A stretch of DNA of 55,565 nucleotides, counting the filler, from Porpidia crustulata (Eukaryota), in NCBI GenBank assembly GCA_964255105.1. It is 3 parts of 3 records of this genome, joined end to end, with 100 filler letters (N's around TTAATTAATTAA, not from the genome) between each part and the next. Parts side by side here need not be neighbours in the genome. Positions count along the whole stretch, not along the records: positions 18,589 to 37,065 come from CAXUWE010000179.1; positions 37,166 to 55,565 come from CAXUWE010000181.1; 1 more part is not named here. One strand, written 5' to 3'. Numbering within the stretch: the stretch's first letter is position 1; every line of letters begins with the position of its first letter. The notes beneath the pieces were generated by a model. The model had not been told where the DNA came from, ran no database searches, and saw only the letters and a list, made by a program, of their open reading frames with translations. The translations under genes were made by a program, and so were the position numbers. Shown here one piece after another: positions 36,861-48,784 of the stretch.

Positions 36861-37065
36861 TGATGGGCTGACTTAGGGTGAAAAGGGTTGTGGATTAAGT
36901 CGGTCTAGCTACGTGTCTATATATCGGAGGTCAGGTGATCTTACTAGCGTAAGCACCCCGAACACCTAGTCGTAGGACCTAGATGCTCTATTTTCAACAA
37001 TTTCTAAAGAATGTTGGAAATATGCAATATCTGCTCATGTCTATATGTCCGTATGACTAGGGGTT

Positions 37066-37165
37066 NNNNNNNNNNNNNNNNNNNNNNNNNNNNNNNNNNN
37101 NNNNNNNNNTTAATTAATTAANNNNNNNNNNNNNNNNNNNNNNNNNNNNNNNNNNNNNNNNNNNN
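37066..37165. other. Artificial contig spacer (N44-TTAATTAATTAA-N44)
   Basis: Same structure as the spacer at 18489-18588. Confidence 0.97.
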
Positions 37166-37906
37166 GATACAGAAAATTTGGAGATGGGAGTTTTGATGTA
37201 CAACAAACCACTGAATTGCCACTACAACAAACAATGGTTCAGTATCCGAAGTCCCAACCATCCGTTTCCAATCCAACCTCCCAAACCTCCGATCCCTTAT
37301 ACAGCGTCCCAGCAAAGGTCGTAAAACCATTTCATACGAATGAAATCAATAACGTTGAGTTAAACGTGTCTGCTATAACTACCATCTCCTTTCCCTCCGT
37401 TAGTAAAGTACCTAGGATAGATGTCTTTCGGGAGACAATGAAGATCCAACACTGAGCCATTAATACCAGCTTTTCGTGGTGGCTTTTCCCGGAGGGTGAA
37501 TTAGAAGTTGGCTTTGCTATGTCAGGAAAAGGTAGAACATTGATAGATATCATCCTAGCGTACGTAGTGTCCTAAGATGGCTCCACCAGTCCAAGTCCCT
37601 AAGGCTTGGACCCGGTTCAAAAGGGGTCCTGAGGTACAGGAAGACCTGCCAGTCTACAGCCAACATCGCAATCGTGTGCAACATAGATTTGCAGGTCGCG
37701 AATCAATGGTGAGGCTTCTTGAGCTTGAGAGGCTGGCATTGAGCGACGCAGCTTCGCCCTTCTTCCTAATTTCAGCTTCCTCACGTGGACGAACAAGACA
37801 GCCATCATCCACATTTTCAAATCGCCAAGGCTCCAGTAATCAGTTGAATCTGAAACCTCAATTTAGGAGACTTGATGGGCTTTGTGGACTCGAAATTATT
37901 ATATTT

Positions 37907-39262
37907 TCATCGGACGTCAAACGTCCATACCTTGACGACCCCATCATCACCAGTACTAACAATCACTTCCTCGTCCTCACTTCTCTTGCCCTTGTCTGCT
38001 CTGCGGGCCCACTGTACGTGATTGATCTCAAAAACACCGTGAGCATTATTTAATCTTGCCAAGACTACCCAGTCCGTGACGTGCAAGTCTCGTTCGGCCG
38101 CCTCGGAGGCCTCTTCTTCTCGCGTAGCCCCGGCTTCGGCGGCTACTTCGTCGCCATTCTCGATACCCGCCATGGCATCGTCCTTCGTCTCGGTACGCGG
38201 CGGTTCGATCTTCGACTTCCATCGCTCCTCATACACGATGATCGAGCCATCGCCGCCGGTACTGACTATACGGCCCGTCTTCTTACTCCACGATACGGAA
38301 TATATCGTTCTCTCGTGTGTTTGTGGTAATCGACCTTCTTCCACCCAATCCTCTTCGATACTACCGGTGCGAATAATGCTGAGCTTATTCTGCTGCGGTC
38401 CCCTCTCTTTCGGCCGTCGCCTCCAGACCCGGATGGTTTTATCGTCCGAGCAGCTGAGTAGCCTCGGCCCTGAAACCTCTCTCCTCGTCACCCAAGCCTG
38501 TTGTTCTTCGGTTCGCGCGCTCTCCACATCACCGGCGATCCTCATACCCAGTCCCTCCCACTCTACTGCCCAAACGGTACTGCTGTGACCCTTGAGAATC
38601 CCTACGCACCCCCAATCATCAATGTCCTCTCTCCACAGCCTGATATCATCATCGTAGCTTCCACTAGCCAGCATTTCTTCCTCTGGATGCCAAGCCACAC
38701 TCTTCACGTCCCCTTCATGCTCTTGCAGTACTGCGATCGTCTCGAAATCATCTTCACCAACCTCTTCCCATATCCAGACGCTCTTGTCCCTTGAGCAGGT
38801 AGCTAGATAGTTCCCTCCCGCTGACCACGATACAGACTTGACTTCGCTCTCATGCCCATCCAGTACAATCGCAAACCGCCACTCTTCCGCATCGTCCTCC
38901 TCTTCTACGTTGTCGCCTCCGGGTGTAAAATCTTCTTCCTCCTTGGTCTCAGGTTTTGGATTCATATCCGTATCCCATCGTCTCCAAATCCCCACGCTAG
39001 CATCGAAACTACCGGTAGCAAGTACGCTCTCCCCTTTGAGATGTGGTTTCCAAGCACAAGTACGGACACTTCGTTTGTGGCCCCCGGTAATGGTGGAGAG
39101 AAGAGTAAAAGAAGTTAGAGAATATATACGGACGGCTTTGTCGGAGGAGCAGGTTGCAACGATTGGAAGAAATGGATGAGCTGCGGTAAGCCAGGCGCGG
39201 GAAAGAGACGGAGGGGTGAGCGGAGACAAGAGAGAAATTGTTCCTGAAAAATCAGAGGCCAT
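37907..39262 (-). CDS. CIA1: Cytosolic Fe-S assembly WD40 protein Cia1
   Basis: RAW..AHPFLPIVAT, GGHKRSVR, LDGHESEVKSVSWS, CSRDKSVWIWE, QEHEGDVK.V.WHP, AHGVFEINHVQW, STGDDG; intronless. Confidence 0.95.
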   Translation of the reverse strand: MASDFSGTISLLSPLTPPSLSRAWLTAAHPFLPIVATCSSDKAVRIYSLTSFTLLSTITGGHKRSVRTCAWKPHLKGESVLATGSFDASVGIWRRWDTDMNPKPETKEEEDFTPGGDNVEEEDDAEEWRFAIVLDGHESEVKSVSWSAGGNYLATCSRDKSVWIWEEVGEDDFETIAVLQEHEGDVKSVAWHPEEEMLASGSYDDDIRLWREDIDDWGCVGILKGHSSTVWAVEWEGLGMRIAGDVESARTEEQQAWVTRREVSGPRLLSCSDDKTIRVWRRRPKERGPQQNKLSIIRTGSIEEDWVEEGRLPQTHERTIYSVSWSKKTGRIVSTGGDGSIIVYEERWKSKIEPPRTETKDDAMAGIENGDEVAAEAGATREEEASEAAERDLHVTDWVVLARLNNAHGVFEINHVQWARRADKGKRSEDEEVIVSTGDDGVVKVWTFDVR

Positions 39263-40087
39263 ATTTCGAGACGGCCGAGAATACTGGGATGATTTGTAGT
39301 GGTCGGAAGTACAGCAGCAATTGAGCATCGGAGAGTTTGGCTATGGATCTGGTATCAGAGAGGAGAATGACATTACTTTGACAGTTGCAATCATCAGGCG
39401 ATTACACTCTATACAAGTCGAGTCGATCGCTAAATATCAACACAATATGCACAAGTCACTGCTGAGCTTTCACTAGGGAGTCAACTAGGGTTTTGTCATA
39501 ACTTTTTTAGCATCTGATTAGATTGCCGATGATAACAGGCTACCCTAGTGATCAGGGCTTAGCGGGAGCTTGCCGGAGGTCAGATACTCTAGGGCAAGAA
39601 CCCGTAATTTCTCGCTTTAGCTAGCCCCTATAACCGTTCAAAAAGCTCTTAGATCATAGGTACTCTTCCGTAAACACACAATCCATGGTAAATGATTGTA
39701 TTTTTCATAGATTCGTCTGCAATCATACCGTGAGGCTATCTCCAACTATCGTTATACTAGTTCATCAGGTCATTAACAGGATATTGCTCCCATTTGATCC
39801 ACCAGCTCTATCGAGCTAGCATTAGAAGCCAAGTCCCTGTCCGTCGGGATTAAAGTACTCCTACGAAAGCAACAAGATCAAATAGGTTTCCACGATGAAG
39901 AGCAGAAAATCTCCTATCACACCCACCAATCTCATTACTTATCAAAAGCAAGACCATCATTGCCGCTAGCTACTCTGCACAAGTATAACATCATTAACCT
40001 GACAATCGTCAATCATTAAAGCCAGAGAGGATCGAGGCGCAGATAAATGCGTATACCCAAGCGGATCACGAGTGGATCACGAGCGGA

Positions 40088-42732
40088 TCAATATGTCGGG
40101 AGTGGACGTGTTACTGTGTCTGGTCTTTCACGGTTGTTGATGGTGTCAACGATTAAAATCTCAGCCCAAGACTCCCGGTCCGTGTATGGCAGAGCAACCA
40201 CAGCTTCCGCATGGTTGCCTAGTCGCCTGAGCTCAAGGTCATGAGTACCTGTTCTCGGGCGATCACTTATGATGACACTCCATTCGTTATGGACCTCAAT
40301 GCCCGAATTTGACTGGGCCGAAGCTAGAGCTGTTGATGCTGTTCTCGACATAGTAGAGGCAGCGTGTTGGCGGGATAATGATGATCTTGAAACTGGATGA
40401 CTCCGGGCGGCAAAGGAGGGTGCATGCCGTAGCGCATGACTGGTGACAAGTGCCGCATACTCTCGACGGACCCTATTTTCGAATAAACGATTGTCATGCG
40501 CGTGCTCAAAGCAGTGTTGCTGAGTCTTAAACAATCGCCAGGGGACGAATACAAAATCTGGAGGTAAAATGATATTCTGGTGAAGATCTGCAATTGTCCT
40601 GAAGGTGATCATATCCGTTGATCGTGGTTCAGGGTCTTGGACGGTACCACGGCAGGGTGCGCGAAGTGGCCGTGATACCAGCCGCGCTTCAACAGAGATT
40701 TGCCCAGGAAGAGGATCAAAAAGTTGATGAATGGCTAAGAAGAAACCACTTAGAAATTCCCGTTCCTCAGGATTGATGTTTTCTTTGATCATATGTTCCG
40801 TAGCGGCGAGACATTCGTCAACATTCATGTCGTTGAATAGACTCAGTACGTCTATTTGCCCTCCACTAAGTCTAGGAATGCTCAATGCAGCCGTAGGCAC
40901 CAAACTTCTTGCATCACTTCGGGCAAGCACTTCAAATCCTTGTTGGTAAATAGGCCGGACAGCGAAGAATGCGACATGAACGCCTGAAGTATACATGTGG
41001 CTTTTCCCAGCTTCGACTTGCATGCGTTCAAGACGTGGCAGCAGCTGACCATGGGCAACCTCCATGCTCCGAGCAAGGGCCTCGATGATCTGTGCTATCG
41101 TCGCAAAACGAAAACCCGAAGATTGAAAATGAAGGCATTCGTCTCGTGTGGCGCGACGTATGAGAAAGAGAAGTTGGCCACGGCTGGATACAGACACCGA
41201 AGAACCACGTTCCTCAAACTCCAAAGGGTTGAAGTTGGATGATTTGGAGAAGTGGTTTCGCATGCCAGCGAAGAAAGTTTGACTCCCTTTCGTCAAAGTT
41301 CCAGTCTTTACAATATCTTCGAAAAGCAGTCCAAGGTTCTCGATAGGCTCCTGGATCATGTCGGCCAAATCTCCCGCGGCGGCAAGGAATAGTTTCCTAA
41401 AAAGTTGGGAGTACTCCTCAATGTCTTCAATTCCATATGTGATCCGCGGCAATGTCATTGGCGAGATATCCTCAGACTGGAAATACTGTTTAAACCCGGC
41501 GCTAGATTGGGTAAGATTGCTCCGGTCCCGAGCACTTGCACGTATTGCAGGAATTATATCAGCAATACCCTTCCAGCAGCGTGACGCTCGATAAATCCAA
41601 CAGAATGCAGGATGCTCGACATTGAATACACCCTCAAAGGACTATCAAGAGGAAATTTAGCTAGGAATCGGTGCATAGCTTTGTTGACTCACTTGGTGGG
41701 CATCAGAATCCGTTATCTTGCAACACGGCAAAAGTCCACCTGGAGTGACCATAATTTTCCCATCGGCGTCGAAGATGGCGCAGGCAAGCGAGACTCGCTC
41801 TGCTCTTTCGGCAGCTCGCCTCCTAGACCATTGTCCGAGCCAGGCCAAAACAAAGAGGACGACACAGCACCCTAGTGCCTTTCAGCGTATTAGCTGAATG
41901 GTCCAAGCTACGATATATCAAGACTGCCTACCAGACAGAGCACAACCACAACGGTTGCACGTCTCGACAAACCATTCCTTGGACTTGCTGTACCTTCCTT
42001 GAGTCGATAGGTGGTACCCACTGTGGCGACCCAATGCATTCCAGATACCGAAGTTGCGAGCAATGCGGCACAGGCCAGTCGTTTCAGCCAGCTGTTCGTC
42101 CAAGTGGATGTGAGGTAAAATAATATCCCCATGGCGACCGTGCTTGCGACAACGGCGATGATAGCAGATCCGACCACATAGCCTACTCCATAGTTGGGAG
42201 TGTAATTCGCGATTCCACCCTGTCCCATATAATGCATGCCGCATACAGCGGCACCGGTGAACCACCCTGCGAGCAGGGTGGTCACCACATTTACATTTTC
42301 GACCACGCTGAAGAAGTAGAAAGAGAAAGCGACGACACAAATTGGCAAAAAGAACGAAGCCGCGGTGAAGCCTGGACTGTATCCGATCTGAAGTTCTGGC
42401 TCCCCGTTACCCATTTGAATTGCCCTGTTACCGATGAAGTGCATTGACCAGATGGCTACGGCCCCCATTGATGATGCAGCGGCGAGTAAAAGGTACCTCA
42501 GATAGGTCAGCATCGCCTAATGAAAAATTGGGCTTTAGAACATCGTGCGATGCAGTGATGCTTACCAGTTGTACAGACCCCGAGGTGACGTCCTCCGATG
42601 CAGCAGCTCCACCGTGGTCCATGCACCTGATAAGCTTACCAGGAACGAAAGGATGATATAGCCCGGATTATATGTGTGCGCCACGAATTGGCCCGCTGAC
42701 TCACTGAAAACTATGCTCACTAGTACTGACAT
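40088..42732 (-). CDS. MHYT-domain membrane sensor protein with a large cytoplasmic C-terminal region
   Basis: YIILSFLVS..GAWTTVELL..., AIWSMHFIGN, VCGMHYMG, VSGMHWVA repeats, followed by LACAIFDADGKIMVTPGGLLP and a soluble domain; introns near 42500-42565, 41875-41930 and 41640-41690. Confidence 0.88.
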
Positions 42733-44760
42733 CTTGCGAGGTTGCGTACTGTGCTGCCTCTTATAGGGGGGATTGATACGAAAATAAAGCCCAAGATCTT
42801 CCTTGGTATATCAAAGCCTGAAGAATGAGCACTGGGAATATTGATATACAGACCGACTCCTTTTCATCATCGAAGCCTGGGCCGCTCTTGTGCCCTAATC
42901 GGGGCTTCCCCAAGCTACTCCTAGCTATCGCAGAGCATCAACAGGGGTGCACAGGATATGAACAACCTCGGTGAAGAATGTTTGGTGTGAACACTGGAGA
43001 TGTCGGTCCCGTCGCTTCTATGCCGTACTCTGAGATGCCACAAGCATTGCTTGAACGCTGTGTTTGATCGACAGAGCTGTATCGAAGATGAGCCGCCTCC
43101 GAGGAGGTTTGGTAGCGCCGACGTTGGAGAGTGTATTATGCAGTCCAGCCACTACCTATCAGTCAAGCTTATTGCCGCCTCTTTACTGCACTTGGAGATT
43201 GCAAAAGCTACTGCTAGCTGTTGCAGTGGATCAACAGCACTGCAAGCGATATGAGTGGTCTCAGTGGAGCGTTGGCAGTGGAAAAGACCGGCTAACAAAG
43301 ACGAGATAGTGAGAAGAGCTTCTGTCAACTGCTCAAAGAGCTACTCGACTGCTGTATCTTGAAAAGAGGATGAGGAGTGGAATTGACGCAGAGAATCGAT
43401 GTGTCATTGGAAGCACAAGAAGCGGCAGTCACGACTCGAGAAAGGACTCCACTTGCCTTCATAACTTTACGCGAAATACGAGAGGCATCGATGGGCCCGA
43501 TCGTGAGATGAATCCACCCCATCAAACCGTAATCAGAAATCGAAGTCCAATGCCACGTAGATCTGCCTCAAAGAGCTCCATCTCCCTCACCTTGGAACGT
43601 TCCTCTACCTCCTCTATCGTGGCAGAAGTCTTCAAGTCAATCACACATCTCTAAAGCTGAGGCGGCTTTCTGTCATGATCGGATCCTAGGCTCGTAGATC
43701 CATTCTGACGGTTGGTGGTGCATCGCGTTTCGTGAGCCTGAACTCCGGATATCGGATCCGAAGTGTGGGAAACCCGGGCACGCGAATATCTACGTCGCTC
43801 TCGCCCAGGGACTTGAGTGATTCACTTCAGCTTTCGAGATACGTGACTACGCCATCTCGCCATCTTGTCAAATGACTCTAGGAGGTCCAACACCGTTCGA
43901 GGATCCGTTCGTAAGCCGAGCCTGTTGGACAGAAGCCAGAGGCCTTGAGCAGCCAGACTCCAGCTGAAGGAGGTGGAGCACCATGCGAATGCTCATAGTA
44001 CAATTCCATTATTAGCTAGAACGTCCCTAAATCCGTTCCAGTTACTCTCTCTAGATTTTACCGTGGAGGGCGTGTTGAGTGTCAGAAATCTCACAATGAT
44101 ATTTCAATGTAACTGCCAATTCCTGCAGGAACCATGGTATAGAGGCGTAGAGATGAGGCGGTCAAGCTTTCGCTTATCTCTTCGTGTGGGTTTGCCGATT
44201 TCATCGTGTACGGTCAAAGGTATTCACAGTCACTTCGATCGATGTTGGGAGAACACTAGCGCGGATACTCTGACGTCCACATCATTAAAAGAGCTCAACA
44301 AACATACCTCTCCACATAAATCGAGAGGACACCCTTCATATCTCCTCTGTTAAAAGTCCTTTCCCTCTCAACAAAGAGACCTCGCTTTCCATACATCGTG
44401 CATATGTGACTGCGTCATGGTCTGGGGCTGTTCACAGTTCGATCAAGGGATGAGGAGAGGAGAATGTGGCTTGATAGGTAGGGTAATTGATGTAGTAGTG
44501 GAGGAAGAATGGATGCCATCGAGGTAGTCGGTGCAGTGTACTTCCTAGTGGACAGGTGTGAAAATTCAGGCAAACGTTTTACGTCCGAAGCCTTGTAAAT
44601 GTATCAGTCAAGCAGCAGGCAATTGGCGTCGCACAGATCAAGCAGGAAAGTCGTCATTTAGAGTTGTAGAATAAAAATGCATTGAGCCATTTACATATAC
44701 TGCATCTGTAATACTCCTACGATGTTTATCCAAACTATCGACCCAAAGCGTGGAGCCATC

Positions 44761-46339
44761 CTACTCCTCCACCTCTTCTGCCTCGCTGCCTAATTCCTCC
44801 TCCACTATATCTCCACCGTCATCACCACCTGCATCCTCCGCCTCCTCATCACTAGAGCCGCTCCCTTCACTCTCCCCTGCACTACCGGGATCAAAGTTTT
44901 CGTCCTCTTCCTCCTCATCATCTTCCAGGTCCTGCGCTTCCCGAGCCGCTTTCTGTAGGTCCCCTTCTTCCGCATCAGAACCCGCGTCTTCTCCCTTCTC
45001 ACCTTTGACGCCGTTGATGTTCAGCTTCTTTGCTCGCCGCTGTTCGGCCATGCTTGCATCTTGCAGCTGATGTCGCTTTATGTAAGCGTCGATGCCGGCA
45101 AAGTCCGCTTGATCCAGCATTGAGAATTCGAACTCGTGGGTGTCGGAAGCTACGTTGGTGGTGATTACGAGGTTGAACGTTCGTTGTAGAACAGAAGTGT
45201 ATGAGACTGAGTCGATAGCGTCAAAGGAGAAGAATTCAAGAGGCTTCTTGAAGCCCCAAACTATGCCAGTGGGCAGAAAGAAAAGGAAACCTTACAGGAA
45301 TTAGCTTGTAGATCCATGGGGCTTATTCTCCGAGCAAATGCTCATGAAAAAGAAACATAACAAGAGAGGGAGATTGATGATTATAGTGACGAACGGAAAT
45401 GTACGGTCAAGTTTCGGATAAGATAGAACGATGAATAAAACTCAAGACATGCAAACGTCAAGTAAGCACAATCGGACAGGTGAAGGACAAAGGAGACTTG
45501 ACCAGAGATGTCGATGAACACAATGAGGGTACGGAACAGACACACCATCTTTGCTTCCTCGGAAAGCTTTAACGTGTACTGCCTTCTCTCCCTTCCTATG
45601 CGCCTGGACTGCGTGACTAACAAATTCTTTCTCGTCCGGTTCAACCATGCTTATCCTTGTGCTTTTCAAATAGTCATTAAGTACTCTACGCAGTATGTCC
45701 TTGTACGTCTCATCAGGTGCAAGGTCCATCTCCGTTCCGAAAATGCCTGCCTTTGGGACAGTGTCGGGCACGGTCCAGAGGACTTGCTCAGCCGGAGTTC
45801 TGGTGAACACGCAAAAGTTGTGTTGCGCTTGAGCTTTTTCAGGCACAGGTAGACAGATGACGTGCTGAACATTACTCCACCGTATTTGAAATTCGGGCTC
45901 CCCAGTGGAAGGGTTTATTGCGCGGAGTCCCTGATTCGATTTTCCAAGCTCCAAGGTGAGTTTCTTTCGTTGCGGTATCGAGAAGGATATCTCTCTTATC
46001 GCGCTGTAAGATCCGGCCTCGTAGTATCCATTACTCGTTTTATTCCCGTGTGTGTTTTCCTGCTTTATCTCCAGTCTAACATCCCCATCCCCATCCCCAT
46101 CGCCGTTCAATTTTCTTTTTTTTGAGGCCTGAGAATAATCGTTTGTACTTCTAGTTGAATTCGGGGACGGTATCAATGTGGATATTTCTTGAAAAAGTTG
46201 CTCTAATTCTGGATATTTGGCTTAAAGGGCTGATCAGCTTGGCGAACATAGCGCCCGGGGCGATGACCTTACCGATGGCCGCATAGGTCCTCTTCTTCAA
46301 ATCGGGCCGCTCCACAAATGCGTGATCGATGACAGACAT
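44761..46339 (-). CDS. Rtt106/SSRP1-like PH-domain histone chaperone
   Basis: [73 protein letters not shown], acidic tail; two introns. Confidence 0.85.
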
Positions 46340-46541
46340 CCCAAAAGCTTCGTGATGTTGATTATCGAAAGGTCAGCCCAACTTATTCGCGAAAGCGGGT
46401 TTGACATACGCGGCTAGCGCCAAACCCCCGGTCATCGCGAGCGAATGTATCAGACTATCAGTGTCTAAAAGTAATATATTTCCTATTCCTATCGAAAGAT
46501 TACTTTTATGACCGCCTACCAAGCTGCGTGATGTACACCCT

Positions 46542-47813
46542 TCAATATACCCCCTTACTGTTTTCCCCGTCGCCGTCCAAGTCCTTAGTTTCAACCTCAA
46601 TCTCCTCTTTCCCAATCCCCCTTTTCTTCGCCTCTTCCAGCATAGCCACGGTTGCCGTGGCCCCAACCCTTGCCACTCCCAGCGCTTTTACTCTGATCAA
46701 GTCATCCAGTGTCCTGACACCCCCTGCAGCCTTTATTTGCACATTTTCGCCACAATGCTGCCTCATGAGTTTCAAATGTGGAATGGTGGCACCAGCGTAA
46801 TTGTACATGCCATTGGGCTGTTTGACAAAGCCGTAACCTGTAGATGTCTTGACAAAGGCAACTCCCACACGAGTGCATATTTTGCAAAGCTTGACTATGT
46901 GTTGATCATCCAGGTAGTCGTTTTCGAAAATCACTTTTAGGATTGGCGCCACGCTGTTGGCAAATATTAGCCATTGAGCTTCTGGAAAATCCATTGCTTC
47001 GAACAATATCAATCCGTCAGGCATCAGGTACTTGAGAGCTCAAACATGGCAATTTCCAGCTGTATTATGCGGTGGTAGAGCGTGGACATCGAAGCCTCAA
47101 GCAAGGGCCACCATTGCTATTGACTTTGAGACTCCAGAAAAGGCTTCCAAGCAATGCGAAAATTCACTGATTACCCGTAAAGTTGCGATTCCCCTTTGAA
47201 ACATTTGTAGTATCATATGTCAATAGAACATGCTAGGCAGTACCTTGAACCAGACAGCATGAACGGTCTGCATTCTCGATTCGAGGAGTGGTATTCCTGA
47301 GCACATTGAGATAATAGAAGCCTTCATTCAGACAAACAATAGCGGGCACCATGTGCAGTAAGGATCGTCAAGGACTAGGATCCCAGAAGAGAATTTTGCT
47401 CACCCGGACTTCCCACCCTTTGTGACAGCCTCATTCACCCATGCAATCTCCTCTTCAACATAAGTCCAATCGTTACCAAGGACCTTTCCTACATTGACCA
47501 CCATGTCTATTTCCTGCGCCCCAGCCTTCACTGCCTCTGCAGCTTCGTGCACCTTGACAGCCGTAGTGTTATTCCCATGTGGAAAGCCTATTACGGCGCA
47601 TATCATTACGCCACTGCCGGCTAGCACTCTCAGGGCTTGGGGTATTGAGTAAGGCTTGATGCAAGCGGTAGCTACTTTGTATTCCCTGGAGATCTTCAAG
47701 CCTTCTTCGATGTCATGGTCCGTCATAGTGGGGTGAAGGAGCGAATGATCGATCATCTTAGCGAGGGAGGGCAAAGAGACTTGGATCTTTGGAGTTGCTG
47801 TGGAGAATTTCAT
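46542..47813 (-). CDS. deoC: Deoxyribose-phosphate aldolase (DERA)
   Basis: MIDHSLLHP, VIGFPHG, GAQEIDMVVN, LKVIFE, FVKTSTGY, IKAAGGVR, RVGATAT; single 450-nt phase-2 intron 46954-47403. Confidence 0.93.
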
Positions 47814-48644
47814 TTTGCTTGTCTCAATGGTTGAACAATTGGAGCTGCTAAGGATTTGTGAACGCAGGTCTTGCGCTTGCAACAATCACAACTAGTCGGT
47901 TTAGCGTCGCCGTTGTACCTTCGATCAAGCCGTTGAAGTCCCATCTCCAACTACTGCTTTCGAAATCGTTGTAGTAATTGAGCGTGCTCTTTGAATTCAA
48001 GCATCATGGCTGTTTCGTTGGCACGTCGTGGAGGAGCAATACTTCAGATCTTCGCTACGAGATCTCATACCGATAAAGGTGCTCAGTACTAAGGTATGTA
48101 CAGAGGGCTGAAGCGAAGGCAACATTCCTGCCCAGACAGCGATACCTCTACATCTTCACCTCGCCTTTGGCTTGCTTTTACATATGTCAGGAACCGGGAA
48201 AACGGGACGAAAAGACAAGTTAACGGCGCGTCTATCGTATGGTGCGTTTGGAACGAGCGGCAGTCGCATCAAGGTATCTGTTGGACCGGAGCTGAGAATG
48301 ATATGAATACATCTATTCAAATAGCATCATTCTATGCTGTGTAACACATCCACAGCATACGGCCCACACCTACCTCTAAGGTTTAAGCAAGGCAAGTCCC
48401 GGCGCTGAACGGTTGAATCCATAATGTTGGACGTTAGAGCAATGGTACGTTCCAACAGCTCTAGATGAGGCAAAGTCATGTCTAACACTGCTTCCCCACT
48501 GCATGTATGTGCCGCCACGTACTGTATGTTTAGATCATACTGCTTTTCCAGTGAGTGAAAATAACTACTTCTATAGCTCCATCAACTCTTCAATCATTGA
48601 TTGAACAATGTTCTCAAACTTCATGTACTATTATTATTACAATC

Positions 48645-48666
48645 CTCTCTCTCTCTCTCTCTCTCT
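48645..48666. repeat. (CT)n microsatellite
   Basis: Uninterrupted CT dinucleotide run of about 11 units. Confidence 0.8.
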
Positions 48667-48784
48667 TTCTTGGATCCAGCTTTTTGCCGAGGAAGCAGTG
48701 ACTCTCATGCCATACGATTACATCCATTCAAGTTAACATCACTATGTAAAGAGTCTCCCTTCTTGGTCTACGTGTCTAATCAGC

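Noticed and set aside
42800..44700. Short ORFs in the long region upstream of the MHYT gene
   Set aside because: No coding hallmarks or recognisable RNA-gene structure.
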